64,000 nt of DNA from Auanema rhodensis. Its lineage: Eukaryota > Animalia > Nematoda. The number at the start of each line of letters is the position of its first letter. The first letter of the stretch is position 1. Below the pieces are notes generated by a model. The model did not search any database and was not told the origin of the DNA. It worked only from the letters and a program-made list of their open reading frames with translations. Below are positions 62,265 through 64,000 of the stretch, piece after piece. The stretch spans positions 7,564,001 through 7,628,000 of the forward strand of contig OZ059897.1 in NCBI GenBank assembly GCA_964057225.1, written 5' to 3'. The position numbers were made by a program, and so were the translations under genes.

Positions 62265-62680
62265 TGTTACATACATATCTCAAAGGAAAGCAGCTGACCA
62301 TGGCAGCTGCTATTATTAAACTAATGCAGATAGTTTTTAAGCAATTCTGAGAATATTCTAGATGCACTTTTTATAAACTTTGTAACAATTTGTGTAAACT
62401 GAGTAGGAGTTGTATGGATATATAAACCTGAGTCCTCAAGACTCAGGATCTCATTATCTCATTATCTTACTTTCTCTTTATCTTCTTTATATTCTCTTTC
62501 TTAACTCTAGCTTTAATCTTTGTATAATTATATTATAATGCGAACAATAAACCTTTATATATTTCATCTCTTGTTTCTTATTTCACCTTACATTACACAC
62601 TTATATTTAAAATCATACTCATCGTCTCATAATCTGTTTGGATATCTCAACTTGGAACCATTGAGAATCTAAATGGAACG
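62265..62680 (+). repeat. E3 3' LTR
   Basis: Same sequence as 50372-50787; preceded by GGGG-CA. Confidence 0.97.
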
Positions 62681-64000
62681 AATATAGATCTTTTTGAATT
62701 AAATTTAGAAGTAAATATAATATTGTATGAGTAAGTACTTCATTATTTTTATGAAATGGCGACGATATGTAGCCTCGTTAGCTCAGCTGGTAGAGCGTTA
62801 GACTTTTAATCTAACGGTCAGGGGTTCGAGCCCCCTACGGGGCTAATTTTTAACATTCTATCTGTTCCGAACATGTAAAACTTTATTTTCTTACCTTGTT
62901 TAAACTTTTATTTATTCCAGAATCTTGAATTTTTCTTCAAATATAGATCTTTTTGAATTAAATTTAGAAGTAAATATACTATTGTATGAGTAGGTACTTC
63001 ATTATTTTTATGAAGTTAGGAGGATGTGTAGCCTCGTTAGCTCAGCTGGTAGAGCGTTAGACTTTTAATCTAACGGTCAGGGGTTCGAGCCCCCTACGGG
63101 GCTAATTTTTTACATTCTATCTGTCCCGAACATGTAAAACTTAATTTTCTTACCTTGTTTAAACTTTTATTTATTCCAGAATCTTGAATTTTTCTTCAAA
63201 TATAGATCTTTTTGAATTAAATTTAGAAGTAAATATACTATTGTATGAGTAGGTACTTCATTATTTTTATGAAATGGCGACGATATGTAGCCTCGTTAGC
63301 TCAGCTGGTAGAGCGTTAGACTTTTAATCTAACGGTCAGGGGTTCGAGCCCCCTACGGGGCTAATTTTTAACATTCTATCTGTTCCGAACATGTAAAACT
63401 TTATTTTCTTACCTTGTTTAAACTTTTATTTATTCCAGAATCTTGAATTTTTCTTCAAATATAGATCTTTTTGAATTAAATTTAGAAGTAAATATACTAT
63501 TGTATGAGTAGGTACTTCATTAATTTTATGAAGTTAGGAGGATGTGTAGCCTCGTTAGCTCAGCTGGTAGAGCGTTAGACTTTTAATCTAACGGTCAGGG
63601 GTTCGAGCCCCCTACGGGGCTAATTTTTTACATTCTATCTGTCCCGAACATGTAAAACTTAATTTTCTTACCTTGTTTAAACTTTTATTTATTCCAGAAT
63701 CTTGAATTTTTCTTCAAATATAGATCTTTTTGAATTAAATTTAGAAGTAAATATACTATTGTATGAGTAGGTACTTCATTATTTTTATGAAATGGCGACG
63801 ATATGTAGCCTCGTTAGCTCAGCTGGTAGAGCGTTAGACTTTTAATCTAACGGTCAGGGTTCGAGCCCCCTACGGGGCTAATTTTTTACATTCTATCTGT
63901 CCCGAACATGTAAAACTTTATTTTCTTACCTTGTTTGAACTTTCATTTATTCCAGAGTCTTGAATTTTTCTTCAAATATAGATCTTTTTGAATTAAATTT
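62681..64000 (+). repeat. tRNA-Lys(UUU) array block 3: 5 copies, running off the window
   Basis: Gene starts 62772, 63031, 63290, 63549, 63808 (the last with the T-stem deletion). Confidence 0.96.
62772..62844 (+). tRNA. trnK-UUU: tRNA-Lys(UUU), representative of block 3
   Basis: Consensus cloverleaf. Confidence 0.95.

Larger units (their letters stand above)
50372..62680 (+). mobile_element. E3: full-length 12.3-kb Ty3/gypsy-type enveloped LTR retroelement, recent insertion
   Basis: 416-bp LTRs with no differences seen; 4-bp TSD AATA (50368-50371 / 62681-62684) restores an intact array spacer; PBS; intact 3081-aa ORF. Confidence 0.97.

Noticed and set aside
10035-64000. tRNA-derived SINE cluster
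   Set aside because: Copies are complete cloverleafs with a T-run terminator at fixed 259-bp period, without poly-A tails or individual TSDs.

Overview
Eukaryotic, AT-rich DNA, probably from a nematode (inferred from the tRNA-Lys sequence type, a TTTTCAG-type splice signal and the gB-like env; the host cannot be proven here). About 38 kb is a head-to-tail tandem array of a 259-bp unit, each carrying one 73-nt tRNA-Lys(UUU) gene: about 149 copies in three blocks (129 + 15 + 5, still running at the right edge). Three related Ty3/gypsy-type (Metaviridae) LTR elements sit at the edge of or inside the array. E1 (<1-10034, +) has an intact 2909-aa ORF. E2 (43270-46562, -) is a 3.3-kb internally deleted relative of E1. 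E3 (50372-62680, +) is complete, with apparently identical 416-bp LTRs, an AATA target-site duplication, a 3081-aa ORF and an extra 3' ORF. The unusual biology is in these elements. One uninterrupted polyprotein runs Gag - internal signal peptide - herpesvirus-gB-like (class III) envelope - TM - late-domain tail - PR - RT - RNase H - IN, so Env lies between Gag and Pol. LTRs end in CG rather than CA, priming is by tRNA-Gln, and the conserved N-terminus of E1/E2 has no AUG. Together this looks like a family of enveloped endogenous retrovirus-like elements colonising a tRNA gene array. All comparisons were made by eye; no searches were run.
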